From positions 1 to 54,011 of the IMG/VR virus record IMGVR_UViG_3300033145_000425: 54,011 bases of DNA. One strand, given 5' to 3'. The stretch is from a virus (lineage: Duplodnaviria; Caudoviricetes). The first letter of the stretch is position 1. Each line of letters begins with the position of its first letter. The translations under genes and the position numbers were made by a program. The notes under the pieces are model-generated. The model searched no databases. It saw only the letters and a list, made by a program, of their open reading frames with translations, and had not been told where the DNA came from. This document shows, one piece after another, positions 39,322 to 47,460 of this stretch.

Positions 39322-39846
39322 TTAAACCACCCCCTTGCTGTGTTCTTTTTTATGACATTTTATACATAGAGTTATTAAATTTGTTGGCTCAAATCTTAAT
39401 TTAGGGAATCTACTCCATTCTTTGATATGATGAACATTGTAATTCCCCTTTGTATTTCCGCATTGTTGGCATGTATAATTATCTCTTTTAAGAATACTCT
39501 TGGCTAATTCTTTCCATGCAGACCGTGCATATTTTGATTGTCTTTCGGGCGAACATCCACCATTCCAATTAGGATTTTGTTTACCAGTTTTACCATACAT
39601 CCCATTTAATTTTCCCGATTGCCCCCAAATTTTAATCTTTCTTATTTCTTTCGTTGTACGTGTCTGTATATTATGTTTTTTAAGAAAGTACAAGATATTA
39701 TTTTCTTTACACCCCTGTTCATCAGCTATTTGTGAAGCTGATTTACCCTGTATTATATATTCATTATTGAGCCAATCTCTATCCCAATAAGATTTAGGTT
39801 TCCGCCAATGATGCCCTTTTGTAAATTGTCCTTTTTTATTTATCAT
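39322..39846 (-). CDS. HNH homing endonuclease with NUMOD3-like motif
   Basis: RDNYTCQQCG...VHHIK...NLITLCIKCH..EH; NGMYGKTGKQNPNWNGG; ATG 6 nt downstream of a -10 box. Confidence 0.9.
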   Translation of the reverse strand: MINKKGQFTKGHHWRKPKSYWDRDWLNNEYIIQGKSASQIADEQGCKENNILYFLKKHNIQTRTTKEIRKIKIWGQSGKLNGMYGKTGKQNPNWNGGCSPERQSKYARSAWKELAKSILKRDNYTCQQCGNTKGNYNVHHIKEWSRFPKLRFEPTNLITLCIKCHKKEHSKGVV

Positions 39847-39848
39847 AA

Positions 39849-39992
39849 TTATAATATACCATATTGTTGTATAAAAAGCAAGACATATCCCCAATATGGC
39901 GGCCTGGTAATCAGACAATCCACACTCTCATCGTCAAGCTGTGCCAATCCAGTCAGGGCATCCATGCAATGTATTTTGTTTAGTTCAAGCAT
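39849..39992 (-). pseudogene. Orphan N-terminal fragment of the DNA methyltransferase
   Basis: MLELNKIHCMDALTGLAQLDDESVDCLITRPPYWG, then runs into the HNH promoter. Confidence 0.75.
39853..39881 (-). promoter_or_regulatory. Promoter of the HNH cassette (likely leaderless mRNA)
   Basis: TTGCTT-17 nt-TATATT with TGn extension. Confidence 0.6.
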
Positions 39993-40454
39993 TCATTTCA
40001 CCCCGAACTCTTCCATAACAAAAAGCAAGAGCGCATAGGCATCGGCCTCGTTGTCATCAACAGGAGGTCGCCCGGTGATGCGTTCAAACCATGCCATCAT
40101 ATCAGGTTTTGAAGCATTGCCTTTGCCGGTAGCGAACTTCTTTATAGTTGCCGTATGAACCGCCATGTATTCCGCATCAATACTGGCAGCGGCTTCCATG
40201 GCACGAGTGGTGAGACCAACACAGATTTCGGTAGCGGCGCCCCCGCGATGATGTGCCCGCTCAAAGGCGATTACCTTAACATCAGACGGCGTGATTTCTT
40301 TGAGCCATTTATTAAACCGCAGAAACAAAATCCCATTTGATTCACCACGCTTTTTACTGAAGTCCTGGACACCACTTTCAATATTGCCTTCATATAAACA
40401 AGCCCAGCCGGTTTTGGTTGCACAATCGAGTGCCATAATATTAAAATTATTCAT
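39993..40454 (-). CDS. RuvC-like Holliday junction resolvase
   Basis: IMALD.AT.TGWA, AFE, IKKFATGKGNASK, DDNEADA. Confidence 0.85.
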   Translation of the reverse strand: MNNFNIMALDCATKTGWACLYEGNIESGVQDFSKKRGESNGILFLRFNKWLKEITPSDVKVIAFERAHHRGGAATEICVGLTTRAMEAAASIDAEYMAVHTATIKKFATGKGNASKPDMMAWFERITGRPPVDDNEADAYALLLFVMEEFGVK

Positions 40455-41206
40455 ATACCCTCCCTTGGATATTGATTCCATACTTTACCGTCAAGTACAG
40501 GCATTTTCACGAGTTTACCATCACCCGGCATCTGTTTCAAAAAGAAAGGCACACCTGCATCAGTGCATTGGTCACGCAATGAACGTATCCAGTCTATTTT
40601 ACAAGGACGGCGACTTGGGCCTGATTCGCAACCACATATTACCCAGTCAAGTTCCGCACCACATTCTGGTAAAAACCCGAAATCAATCGCCTCCAGCATC
40701 GGCTCAACACTGACAAACCGAACGGCCGTGGGAATCTGTAATAGAATCGGGATAAGTTCTTCAGCATCTTTTTGCGTGGATATTGAAACACCAAGATAGA
40801 GATTCGGGGTTAATCCCCTGATTGGAAGTTTAGAGTAATCTCCTTTAGGGTAATGAAATAAACCAGTAGACCATTCTAAAGCTCTTTTGGGTCTTTTTGT
40901 CAGAATTATAAATGTATGCCAATATGCCTCCGCCATGTAACCAAATACTCTTCCAATAAATCTCTCATCTACATCTTCGTGAAACAGATCGCTAATTGAA
41001 CACACAAATATGAGACATGGCTTTCGCCAACGCAAAGGCTGTTCGAGTCTGTCGGGGTAGCAATGAATATCGGTAAATTTTCGGTCGCCCCAGAATCGTT
41101 TTGCCATGCGCTCCGCATAACAATTTTTACAGCCCTCACGTATCTTTGTACAACCCGTTACCGGATTCCAGACCTTCTCTGCCCACTCAATCTTTGTAGT
41201 TCCCAT
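40451..41206 (-). CDS. DUF5131 (Gp37/Gp68) radical-SAM-like protein
   Basis: TKIEW..WNPVTGCTK...GCKNCYA, SDLFHE, LTKRP, WVICGCESG, VPFFLKQ. Confidence 0.9.
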   Translation of the reverse strand: MGTTKIEWAEKVWNPVTGCTKIREGCKNCYAERMAKRFWGDRKFTDIHCYPDRLEQPLRWRKPCLIFVCSISDLFHEDVDERFIGRVFGYMAEAYWHTFIILTKRPKRALEWSTGLFHYPKGDYSKLPIRGLTPNLYLGVSISTQKDAEELIPILLQIPTAVRFVSVEPMLEAIDFGFLPECGAELDWVICGCESGPSRRPCKIDWIRSLRDQCTDAGVPFFLKQMPGDGKLVKMPVLDGKVWNQYPREGI

Positions 41207-41208
41207 TA

Positions 41209-42114
41209 TTACACCCCCAGAGTTTTTTGGGAAGGAGAAAGACCGCCCTTGCCAAATAGCTTTTCAGCTTCTTCTTTTTGAGAGAGCTTCGGACTATCTT
41301 TCTTGTCTTTAGCCGTTGCTTTCGGTGATTCTGTAATCTCGCCTGTTTCGGTGTCGACATCAGCAGATTCGGTTTCGACTGTAGGGGCTATCAAATTTAC
41401 AAGGCTTTCGGTACGAGTTCTGCCATCATCAATAGGAGTATCAACAATCCCGGCAATCTGATTATCGTACTCGATAGCTTTCTCAAGATCAGGAGAACAC
41501 GGCAGATATTTAAAGAGACGACGGACAGCGGTTTTTCGACACATCTCAATGTAATCAGAGTTCCATATATAGTCTGTCTTTGCCCGTTTCCGAATAGCAT
41601 CGAGTTGCTCTTTTGTCATAAATTCATACTGTGGTTCATCTTTTTTAAACCATGCTATAGCATAAGCACCTATAATATTGCCGGGATTGCCGGTGATTAT
41701 TGGTTTATGAACGAGTTTTGGCTCAAGCCCGTATTCGATTTCAAATTCATCGTTTTCATGAACGATATGAGCCTCAATTTTTGAAACCGTACCGGAGCGT
41801 TTTGCAAGATCAATCATGCCCCTGTATCCTGGCATAAAGGTAGCTGTTTTCCCGTATGCGATTAAATAAGCATGTCCTTTGGCGGGTGTAAAGTCGAGCC
41901 CGAGCTCGGCGGCATTAATGATTGACGTAATGAGACTATTTTGCGTACACTCTAATAGCTTTGGCTCCCGGGAGATTGCCAAGAATGTGGACTTGATAAA
42001 TCGGTTGACGGGTACATGAGTTGGTAATAGTTCGCCGATATCGGGTTGTTTTGTGAGTATTAAAGCCTTGATGGTTCCAAACTTAGTGGTTACTACTGCT
42101 GTTGGTTTATTCAT
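41209..42114 (-). CDS. recT: RecT-family single-strand annealing recombinase
   Basis: AAELGL....GHAYLI.Y....GYRGMIDLA.RSG; W......M..KT..RRL.KYLP. Confidence 0.92.
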   Translation of the reverse strand: MNKPTAVVTTKFGTIKALILTKQPDIGELLPTHVPVNRFIKSTFLAISREPKLLECTQNSLITSIINAAELGLDFTPAKGHAYLIAYGKTATFMPGYRGMIDLAKRSGTVSKIEAHIVHENDEFEIEYGLEPKLVHKPIITGNPGNIIGAYAIAWFKKDEPQYEFMTKEQLDAIRKRAKTDYIWNSDYIEMCRKTAVRRLFKYLPCSPDLEKAIEYDNQIAGIVDTPIDDGRTRTESLVNLIAPTVETESADVDTETGEITESPKATAKDKKDSPKLSQKEEAEKLFGKGGLSPSQKTLGV

Positions 42115-42116
42115 AA

Positions 42117-42278
42117 TTATTCTCCTTCTTGAATTTCAGCGGCGGTTTTTGTGGCAAATCTAAAACCACAATTCGGACATAAGATAAGTTGCAGTGAAGC
42201 TTTTGCTTCGGCTTTTGCTTCCAAATCAGCAAGCACTTTCACCTGTTTATCAAGCTCTATACGATTAGCCTCATTCAT
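42117..42278 (-). CDS. Small protein with CxxC motif
   Basis: MNEANR...LCPNCGFRF; start overlaps the upstream gene end. Confidence 0.45.
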   Translation of the reverse strand: MNEANRIELDKQVKVLADLEAKAEAKASLQLILCPNCGFRFATKTAAEIQEGE

Positions 42279-43224
42279 GTGTTTTTCCTTTTCGGATACT
42301 CGCAACCCTCGATTTGCTTTCCTTGAGCACGGCATCGTAAACAGTGGGATACTCAGCTTTCAATAGTTTTGTATCCACCCTGTGTGCTGTCTGCTGGAAG
42401 TATGTGAATATACTTCCATTATTGAGTTTCACCCCTTCAGCATCACCCAGGTGAAGTAATATCTCGGCAAATATTGACCGCTCATCTTTTTCTACTGTGA
42501 GTCGCTCTTGTCTGAGCCTCATCCACTCATAAACAGTATTGCTATCAACCTCAGCGAAGCTTGCGGGTTGCCGTACTATCCTCTTGAATATTTCAATATT
42601 GCCGACTTCGCCTTTCGGAGGCGGAGTCTTGGTGAGCACATGGTCATTCCAGAACTGTTCACCACGTTCAATAATAGCGGTGATAATCGTCTCATTGCGT
42701 TCGACAAGATACATCTCCTCAGTAAGACCCCACTTGCCGAGTAGCACGGCTATATGAGCCTTCTTCCAGCCCGTACAGAGCATTTGTTGATGAACCTGGA
42801 GGTTGACACGGAACGGCACGTCGTCTGTCCCGGGTTCGCCCCATTCACCTGTTAATCCGGTTGTCTTGACTTCGACTATTTCATAGGGGTTACCATTTTG
42901 AATTGATGTATACCCATCAAGATTACATGCAAATATAGGATGCTCTTTGCAGATGAATCTCATTATTGAAGGATCGGTGTAAATTTCACACCCAAGTTCT
43001 TGTTTAGCAAACTCAATCAACGCCGATTCATATCGATGCCCGATTGACATTGACTTCGATTGTTTATCGCCTGGCTCCTGCTCAAATGTCTTTAATGCCC
43101 ACACATCTCCCGCCGTTTTAAATGGATCGAGGCTCTTGCCTTGCTCATCGGTGAATAGCGCTGCGATATCAGATGAGCCAAGAAACTTCTTGCGCTCTTC
43201 GCGTTGTTTGTCTATTATTGCCAT
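42271..43224 (-). CDS. YqaJ-like (lambda-type) exonuclease
   Basis: RKKFLGSSDIAA, GH..E, CNLDG, EVKT, QVHQQM. Confidence 0.9.
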   Translation of the reverse strand: MAIIDKQREERKKFLGSSDIAALFTDEQGKSLDPFKTAGDVWALKTFEQEPGDKQSKSMSIGHRYESALIEFAKQELGCEIYTDPSIMRFICKEHPIFACNLDGYTSIQNGNPYEIVEVKTTGLTGEWGEPGTDDVPFRVNLQVHQQMLCTGWKKAHIAVLLGKWGLTEEMYLVERNETIITAIIERGEQFWNDHVLTKTPPPKGEVGNIEIFKRIVRQPASFAEVDSNTVYEWMRLRQERLTVEKDERSIFAEILLHLGDAEGVKLNNGSIFTYFQQTAHRVDTKLLKAEYPTVYDAVLKESKSRVASIRKGKTHE

Positions 43225-43225
43225 G

Positions 43226-43453
43226 TTATCCTCCTGATAAGATTTCAAACTGGTGTGATGGTTGAATAATCAATACTTTAGATTCTTTCTTTCCTACCGG
43301 AAGAAGGATCCACTTTCTGCCGTGATATAAAGAACCGTGTTCCCGTACCCTCGCTCTGAAGGCAATAATATCACGGTAATATTCATTGGTTGGTTGATAG
43401 GCTTCTACCTTTTCATCTTCATCACGTACTACGATTACTTCATAAAGTCTCAT
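43226..43453 (-). CDS. Hypothetical protein
   Basis: GGAGGT RBS. Confidence 0.55.
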   Translation of the reverse strand: MRLYEVIVVRDEDEKVEAYQPTNEYYRDIIAFRARVREHGSLYHGRKWILLPVGKKESKVLIIQPSHQFEILSGG

Positions 43454-43498
43454 AATGATACCTCCTTTATTCCTGTGTCATTTTGTTGAATACTTCAG

Positions 43499-43690
43499 TC
43501 ATTCCAAGTTCTCTATAATCTGGTCAATATGCCGCATGAATGCTTTGTAGCTCTGCGCCATATCCTCGTTAATGGCGCATCTGAGGCAGTGCGGGTTGTC
43601 CCTATGGAGTAAATCAAAGTTAGCATCCTTCTTATCAGGTAGATTCGCCTCAAACACTGCCCCACAGACAACACACGTATATTTACTCAT
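43499..43690 (-). CDS. Small zinc-binding protein
   Basis: CVVC...CLRC. Confidence 0.55.
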   Translation of the reverse strand: MSKYTCVVCGAVFEANLPDKKDANFDLLHRDNPHCLRCAINEDMAQSYKAFMRHIDQIIENLE

Positions 43691-43932
43691 CCAGTTATCC
43701 TTTCTGCCGGTATGGCGTAAATCACAAATTCACCTTTATCATTTCTTCTCGAACGTGTGTCATTAATGAAAAAGTTGCCATTTTTGCTCAACCGAAAAAT
43801 CACATTTTGACCAGAAAGAGATACATAAGCCTTTAAAATATTAGCAATAACACTTCGCACTTTGTATTGTTCCGGCTTTAATACGACAAACTCACGCGGA
43901 ATAGTTCGTTTTAGCCGGTAATCGGGTCTCAT
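43687..43932 (-). CDS. Hypothetical protein
   Basis: Abuts or overlaps neighbouring genes. Confidence 0.45.
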   Translation of the reverse strand: MRPDYRLKRTIPREFVVLKPEQYKVRSVIANILKAYVSLSGQNVIFRLSKNGNFFINDTRSRRNDKGEFVIYAIPAERITG

Positions 43933-43933
43933 T

Positions 43934-44248
43934 TCAACTGTCCTCCTTGTCCTTGACTACTGGCTTGGCATATCCACGTTCGATTGCCACAGCCATCATC
44001 AGACGAGTGAAGGCATGAGCGAGATGGTCTTCGGCATCACCCTTATGTGCAAAATAATCATGTAAGTGGTTAGTAGCCCTGTGTATTTGATTATTCATGG
44101 ATAACTGCCATCCTTCGCCCTTCGGGTGCTTCTTCAGCCCCTCTTCCATGACCTTCTGTATCTCATCCACCACCTGATACGGCCATAGTTCCTCGGATAC
44201 TTTCACGTTCAGTTTAATTGTCTTTTGCATTTGTCCCATTGCCATCAC
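43934..44248 (-). CDS. dATP/dGTP diphosphohydrolase-like (DUF5664-like) protein
   Basis: V...G.KKH...W.......A..HL......D.EDHLAHA..RLMM. Confidence 0.6.
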   Translation of the reverse strand: MMAMGQMQKTIKLNVKVSEELWPYQVVDEIQKVMEEGLKKHPKGEGWQLSMNNQIHRATNHLHDYFAHKGDAEDHLAHAFTRLMMAVAIERGYAKPVVKDKEDS

Positions 44249-44595
44249 TCACTTCCCTCCTCATCGCCGTCCACGGCTTCGGCGCTGTCTTCTGCTTCAT
44301 CTCCCGGTGTGAGTGCTTTGATGGCCTCGGCTGCTGTAATTCCTGTACTTGCGAGCGCCTCTACTTCCTGCCTGTATGGGAAATTGGCTACATCTCTCAC
44401 TTGTACCCACTCGTTAATAACAGCCAATCCCTGCTCGACCGTTCTTGACCTTATGAACTGCGCCATAAACTGCTTGCGCTTAGCAATGCCCACATTCTTC
44501 TTTATAAGGTGCGCAAACGCCGCATCAAAGAGCTCGGTGGGCTTACCCATAATATCCTTGTCCACGTATACGATGTATCTCGTTTTTCTTGGCAT
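44245..44595 (-). CDS. Hypothetical protein
   Basis: GGAGG RBS; acidic tail. Confidence 0.55.
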   Translation of the reverse strand: MPRKTRYIVYVDKDIMGKPTELFDAAFAHLIKKNVGIAKRKQFMAQFIRSRTVEQGLAVINEWVQVRDVANFPYRQEVEALASTGITAAEAIKALTPGDEAEDSAEAVDGDEEGSE

Positions 44596-44618
44596 TTATT
44601 CCTCCGTTCTTATTTAAG

Positions 44619-44733
44619 TGAGGCGGGCAGGGATTTGTACCCTGCATGACTCGCCGGAAGGTTATTTATTCCGGTTACTACTATCCGGCTCCGTTTGTCT
44701 ACTAACAGCGTCTACCTATTCCGCCACCGCCTC
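44619..44733 (-). ncRNA. tRNA-like RNA with Leu-type D arm and T arm but no canonical anticodon arm
   Basis: Acceptor GAGGCGG/CCGCCTC-A; TGGCGGAATAGGTAGACGC; GCAGG-GTACAAAT-CCCTGC; ~60-nt central region. Confidence 0.7.
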
Positions 44734-44807
44734 ACAATTTATTTAAGAGATGAGTGCTCTTCTGGGAAATAGGGAACCCACCTGAAAGGTCGCCCATATC
44801 AGGACAC

Positions 44808-45050
44808 TCACCCCTGTTTAATTGATTGTTTAAACCCTGGCTTGAGATGTTCCCAAACCACACCTTCCTGCTCTAACACTTTCCTTTCCTTCTCAACTAA
44901 GGCGCCGAGAGCAACGGCAATGAAATTTGTCATACTCGGATACTTCGCGGTCAGGTAAATCACGCGCTCCATATCCTCCATCAATTCCGGTTTAAACCGA
45001 AACGTTTTTACTACACATGCAGTATTTTTAACCTCTGGACCCGCCATCAT
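44808..45050 (-). CDS. Ribbon-helix-helix DNA-binding protein
   Basis: [14 protein letters not shown]...[15 protein letters not shown]. Confidence 0.6.
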   Translation of the reverse strand: MMAGPEVKNTACVVKTFRFKPELMEDMERVIYLTAKYPSMTNFIAVALGALVEKERKVLEQEGVVWEHLKPGFKQSIKQG

Positions 45051-45445
45051 TCCCCCTCCAGTTCTTTCTCTGCTTGGGCAAGGAAATGGTTAATCCAATG
45101 CTGATTGCTATCACTATTAAATGTATCTTTATCTGGACAGCGATACGTCATGCTGTTAGCTGCTATTTCCAACGCCTTCTCAAGCACGGTTATTTTCTTA
45201 TTCCGCTCACGTTGTAGATGAACCAGCCCATTGATTGAATCCTGCCGTATCTTGATTTGCTCTTTATGGTTAGTATCTTTGGCAGCCGCATCGAGTATTG
45301 TTTGTCTGATAGTCTTATCCTGCTCAGCAATGTGAGCTTGGATGACATCGAGATGTTTATCAATTTCTGCATCACCGCCATAAAAACCCACAAGATACTT
45401 TACTGCGTCAAATCGTTCCCTTATCCGTTCCTGTGTGTCAGTCAT
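45047..45445 (-). CDS. Hypothetical coiled-coil protein
   Basis: LEKALE.A...CP...W...F..QAE. Confidence 0.5.
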   Translation of the reverse strand: MTDTQERIRERFDAVKYLVGFYGGDAEIDKHLDVIQAHIAEQDKTIRQTILDAAAKDTNHKEQIKIRQDSINGLVHLQRERNKKITVLEKALEIAANSMTYRCPDKDTFNSDSNQHWINHFLAQAEKELEGE

Positions 45446-45834
45446 TTCCCCTCCTTGTCAGGCTCATCATGGATGGAGCCGATACGTTTGGCTCCACTTA
45501 GAATCTCTACTATAGGCTCTTCAATAACCCTTCCACTCCAATCAGTTATAAAGAAGCCATTTTCATATTGCACCTCAAACTCTGCTCCTCCTCCATACCA
45601 CCCTCTATCCCCCTCAAACCACCATTCATTGCCGACCTTGATGCCTTGCCCCCATGAGTCATGTTTAATCCAATCCTGATAATGGTCTACCATATAGGGC
45701 GCAACCTCACACCAAATCTTCATATTAGTTGAATGTTCAATTATCATAACATTTTCATTTATTATTCGCCTTCGTTCATGCCCGACAATCTTCCCATCCC
45801 TAAGTAAGCATTTCATGTCTTCATTCTGTGCCAT
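45442..45834 (-). CDS. YopX-like protein
   Basis: FEGD...F.V.YENG.F...IGSIHDEP terminus. Confidence 0.55.
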   Translation of the reverse strand: MAQNEDMKCLLRDGKIVGHERRRIINENVMIIEHSTNMKIWCEVAPYMVDHYQDWIKHDSWGQGIKVGNEWWFEGDRGWYGGGAEFEVQYENGFFITDWSGRVIEEPIVEILSGAKRIGSIHDEPDKEGK

Positions 45835-46087
45835 CTTTCCCCTCCTTATCTATCATATCCTTAATTCTCTCTTGACATTCAAGCCATGCCACACATACCG
45901 CAGCCGATTGAATGATTTCTTTGTCAATTTCAGCATCTTTGCCTTCCAGAATTGCCTTCCCAATTTCCCCGACTTCCTCAATGAGTATTACAAGCCATTT
46001 GAGGTCAGAGTGATTCTGTTCACCCCATTTAGTATCTTGAAAAACTCTTTCCATTTGGATTAGTTTAAGAATGTCAGTCTGTGCCAT
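45821..46087 (-). CDS. MazG-like nucleotide pyrophosphohydrolase
   Basis: ER..QD.KWG.QNH...WL.IL.EEVGE...EIIQ.AAV.VAW. Confidence 0.75.
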   Translation of the reverse strand: MAQTDILKLIQMERVFQDTKWGEQNHSDLKWLVILIEEVGEIGKAILEGKDAEIDKEIIQSAAVCVAWLECQERIKDMIDKEGKDGTE

Positions 46088-46123
46088 CGTTAGTCCTCCT
46101 GTTCACAGCATTAATAGCACTTC

Positions 46124-46384
46124 CTAAAGTTTTGTAATCATAAGCCATTTCTGCAATCGGTATGACCAAGACTTGTTTTTCTTTTCTAACTCTTTTGCTC
46201 TACCCCTGCCATCCCATCCCTCTTTGTATGAGTCTTGTTTTGTTCTCCCAATAGTCGTAGCGATTAACTTAATACAGTCAAGATTAAACTCATCAAAGCT
46301 ACTAATCATGTCAAGTTCATGTAATATTTGTCGTGCTTTAATCTCATCAGGATGCACAACCCACTCACTTTCATTCTCTGCCAT
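46124..46384 (-). CDS. Hypothetical protein
   Basis: AAGGAG RBS. Confidence 0.5.
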   Translation of the reverse strand: MAENESEWVVHPDEIKARQILHELDMISSFDEFNLDCIKLIATTIGRTKQDSYKEGWDGRGRAKELEKKNKSWSYRLQKWLMITKL

Positions 46385-46387
46385 GTT

Positions 46388-47080
46388 TCACTCCTTTTTA
46401 AATATGTTTCCAGCTTGCTCTCCTATTATTATATTACCCTTTAATATCCATATGTAAGGATTATTTTCCCACCGCAACCCATCGCCTGACTTGACTGGCT
46501 TTCCATGGGCGGTGTTCCAATGGTCTGCAAAATTCTTATAAACAAGGCTTGTATAAGTTTTTCTAAAATATTCCTGACTTTCACTATCATCTAAAGTATT
46601 GGTATAATGTAGCATTAAATCATCATAGCTTAAATTTTGCACCCGCACACACCCAATCTCCTGCACATTCAGCCATGACCTGATAGCATCTTCTGGCATG
46701 GTTGCAGGGGAGCGCCAAGTAATAAAATTATGAACTTTAAGCATCCATTCAGGTGGTTCCTCATAATGTATAGTTACTTTTTGCCCATAATGATTAGGAA
46801 ACTTATACTCAACAGACCAATGGGGTGGGCAAATAGATTTCCCATGGGGTCGCCAAGTTTCCCGCAAGCCAAACAATCCGACTTGGTAGGGGCAAAGCAA
46901 TGGATTCCAATAATCAGGTTCATCGGATGTTACATAATACAGTTCACTATGATGGTTGTGTACTTCTGCTCTTTCCGGTGGCTGTTCCTTCATCACCCTC
47001 AACAGCACAATCTTATCGCCGGACTTCTTATTGGCGAGCATGGTTGCTTCGTCATTGGTGAGATTAATACACGATTTCAA
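46388..47080 (-). CDS. ASCH-like phage protein
   Basis: CPY.VG..LRETW; WRSP..MP..A.R..L.V....RVQ; F...W......W..NP.IW. Confidence 0.65.
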   Translation of the reverse strand: MKSCINLTNDEATMLANKKSGDKIVLLRVMKEQPPERAEVHNHHSELYYVTSDEPDYWNPLLCPYQVGLFGLRETWRPHGKSICPPHWSVEYKFPNHYGQKVTIHYEEPPEWMLKVHNFITWRSPATMPEDAIRSWLNVQEIGCVRVQNLSYDDLMLHYTNTLDDSESQEYFRKTYTSLVYKNFADHWNTAHGKPVKSGDGLRWENNPYIWILKGNIIIGEQAGNIFKKE

Positions 47081-47291
47081 TTTTACCTCTCCTTCCTCTC
47101 TCTCTAACCCAATGAATTACGTCAAGGATTCGTCTACCCTTCATCCATCGGGCAATAGGTGGAGCTTCAACAACCCTTGCATATTCAACGTTGTCTGAAT
47201 TAGTTATGATACCAAAGCAAGCATAAGAAAGCTCTATTCTCCATAGACAAGTAGTTGCTTCGTCATTGGTGAGGCAGAGTTTAGTTTTCAT
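47064..47291 (-). CDS. Hypothetical protein
   Basis: YACFGII...VVEAPPIARWM.G. Confidence 0.5.
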   Translation of the reverse strand: MKTKLCLTNDEATTCLWRIELSYACFGIITNSDNVEYARVVEAPPIARWMKGRRILDVIHWVRERGRRGKIEIVY

Positions 47292-47460
47292 GGTAATCGT
47301 TTCTTTGCAAAATTGTCTGATTTCATTAATTTATAGGTTAGTATTTTTGTTGAGTCAAACTCCTCAAGCTCGCCAAATACTTCAAAGAATAATTTACGCT
47401 TAGCTTTGCTAAGGGGTACGATAAGGGTATTTCCTCTGCGTATTTCATATCATCCACCTT

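Noticed and set aside
39203-39886. Group I intron in the DNA methylase
   Set aside because: Almost no non-coding room for a ribozyme core, no terminal G at the needed junction, and a duplicated exon-like N-terminus is present instead; not excluded without RT-PCR
43934-44248. 2-aminoadenine (Z) genome pathway
   Set aside because: No PurZ or phage DNA polymerase recognised
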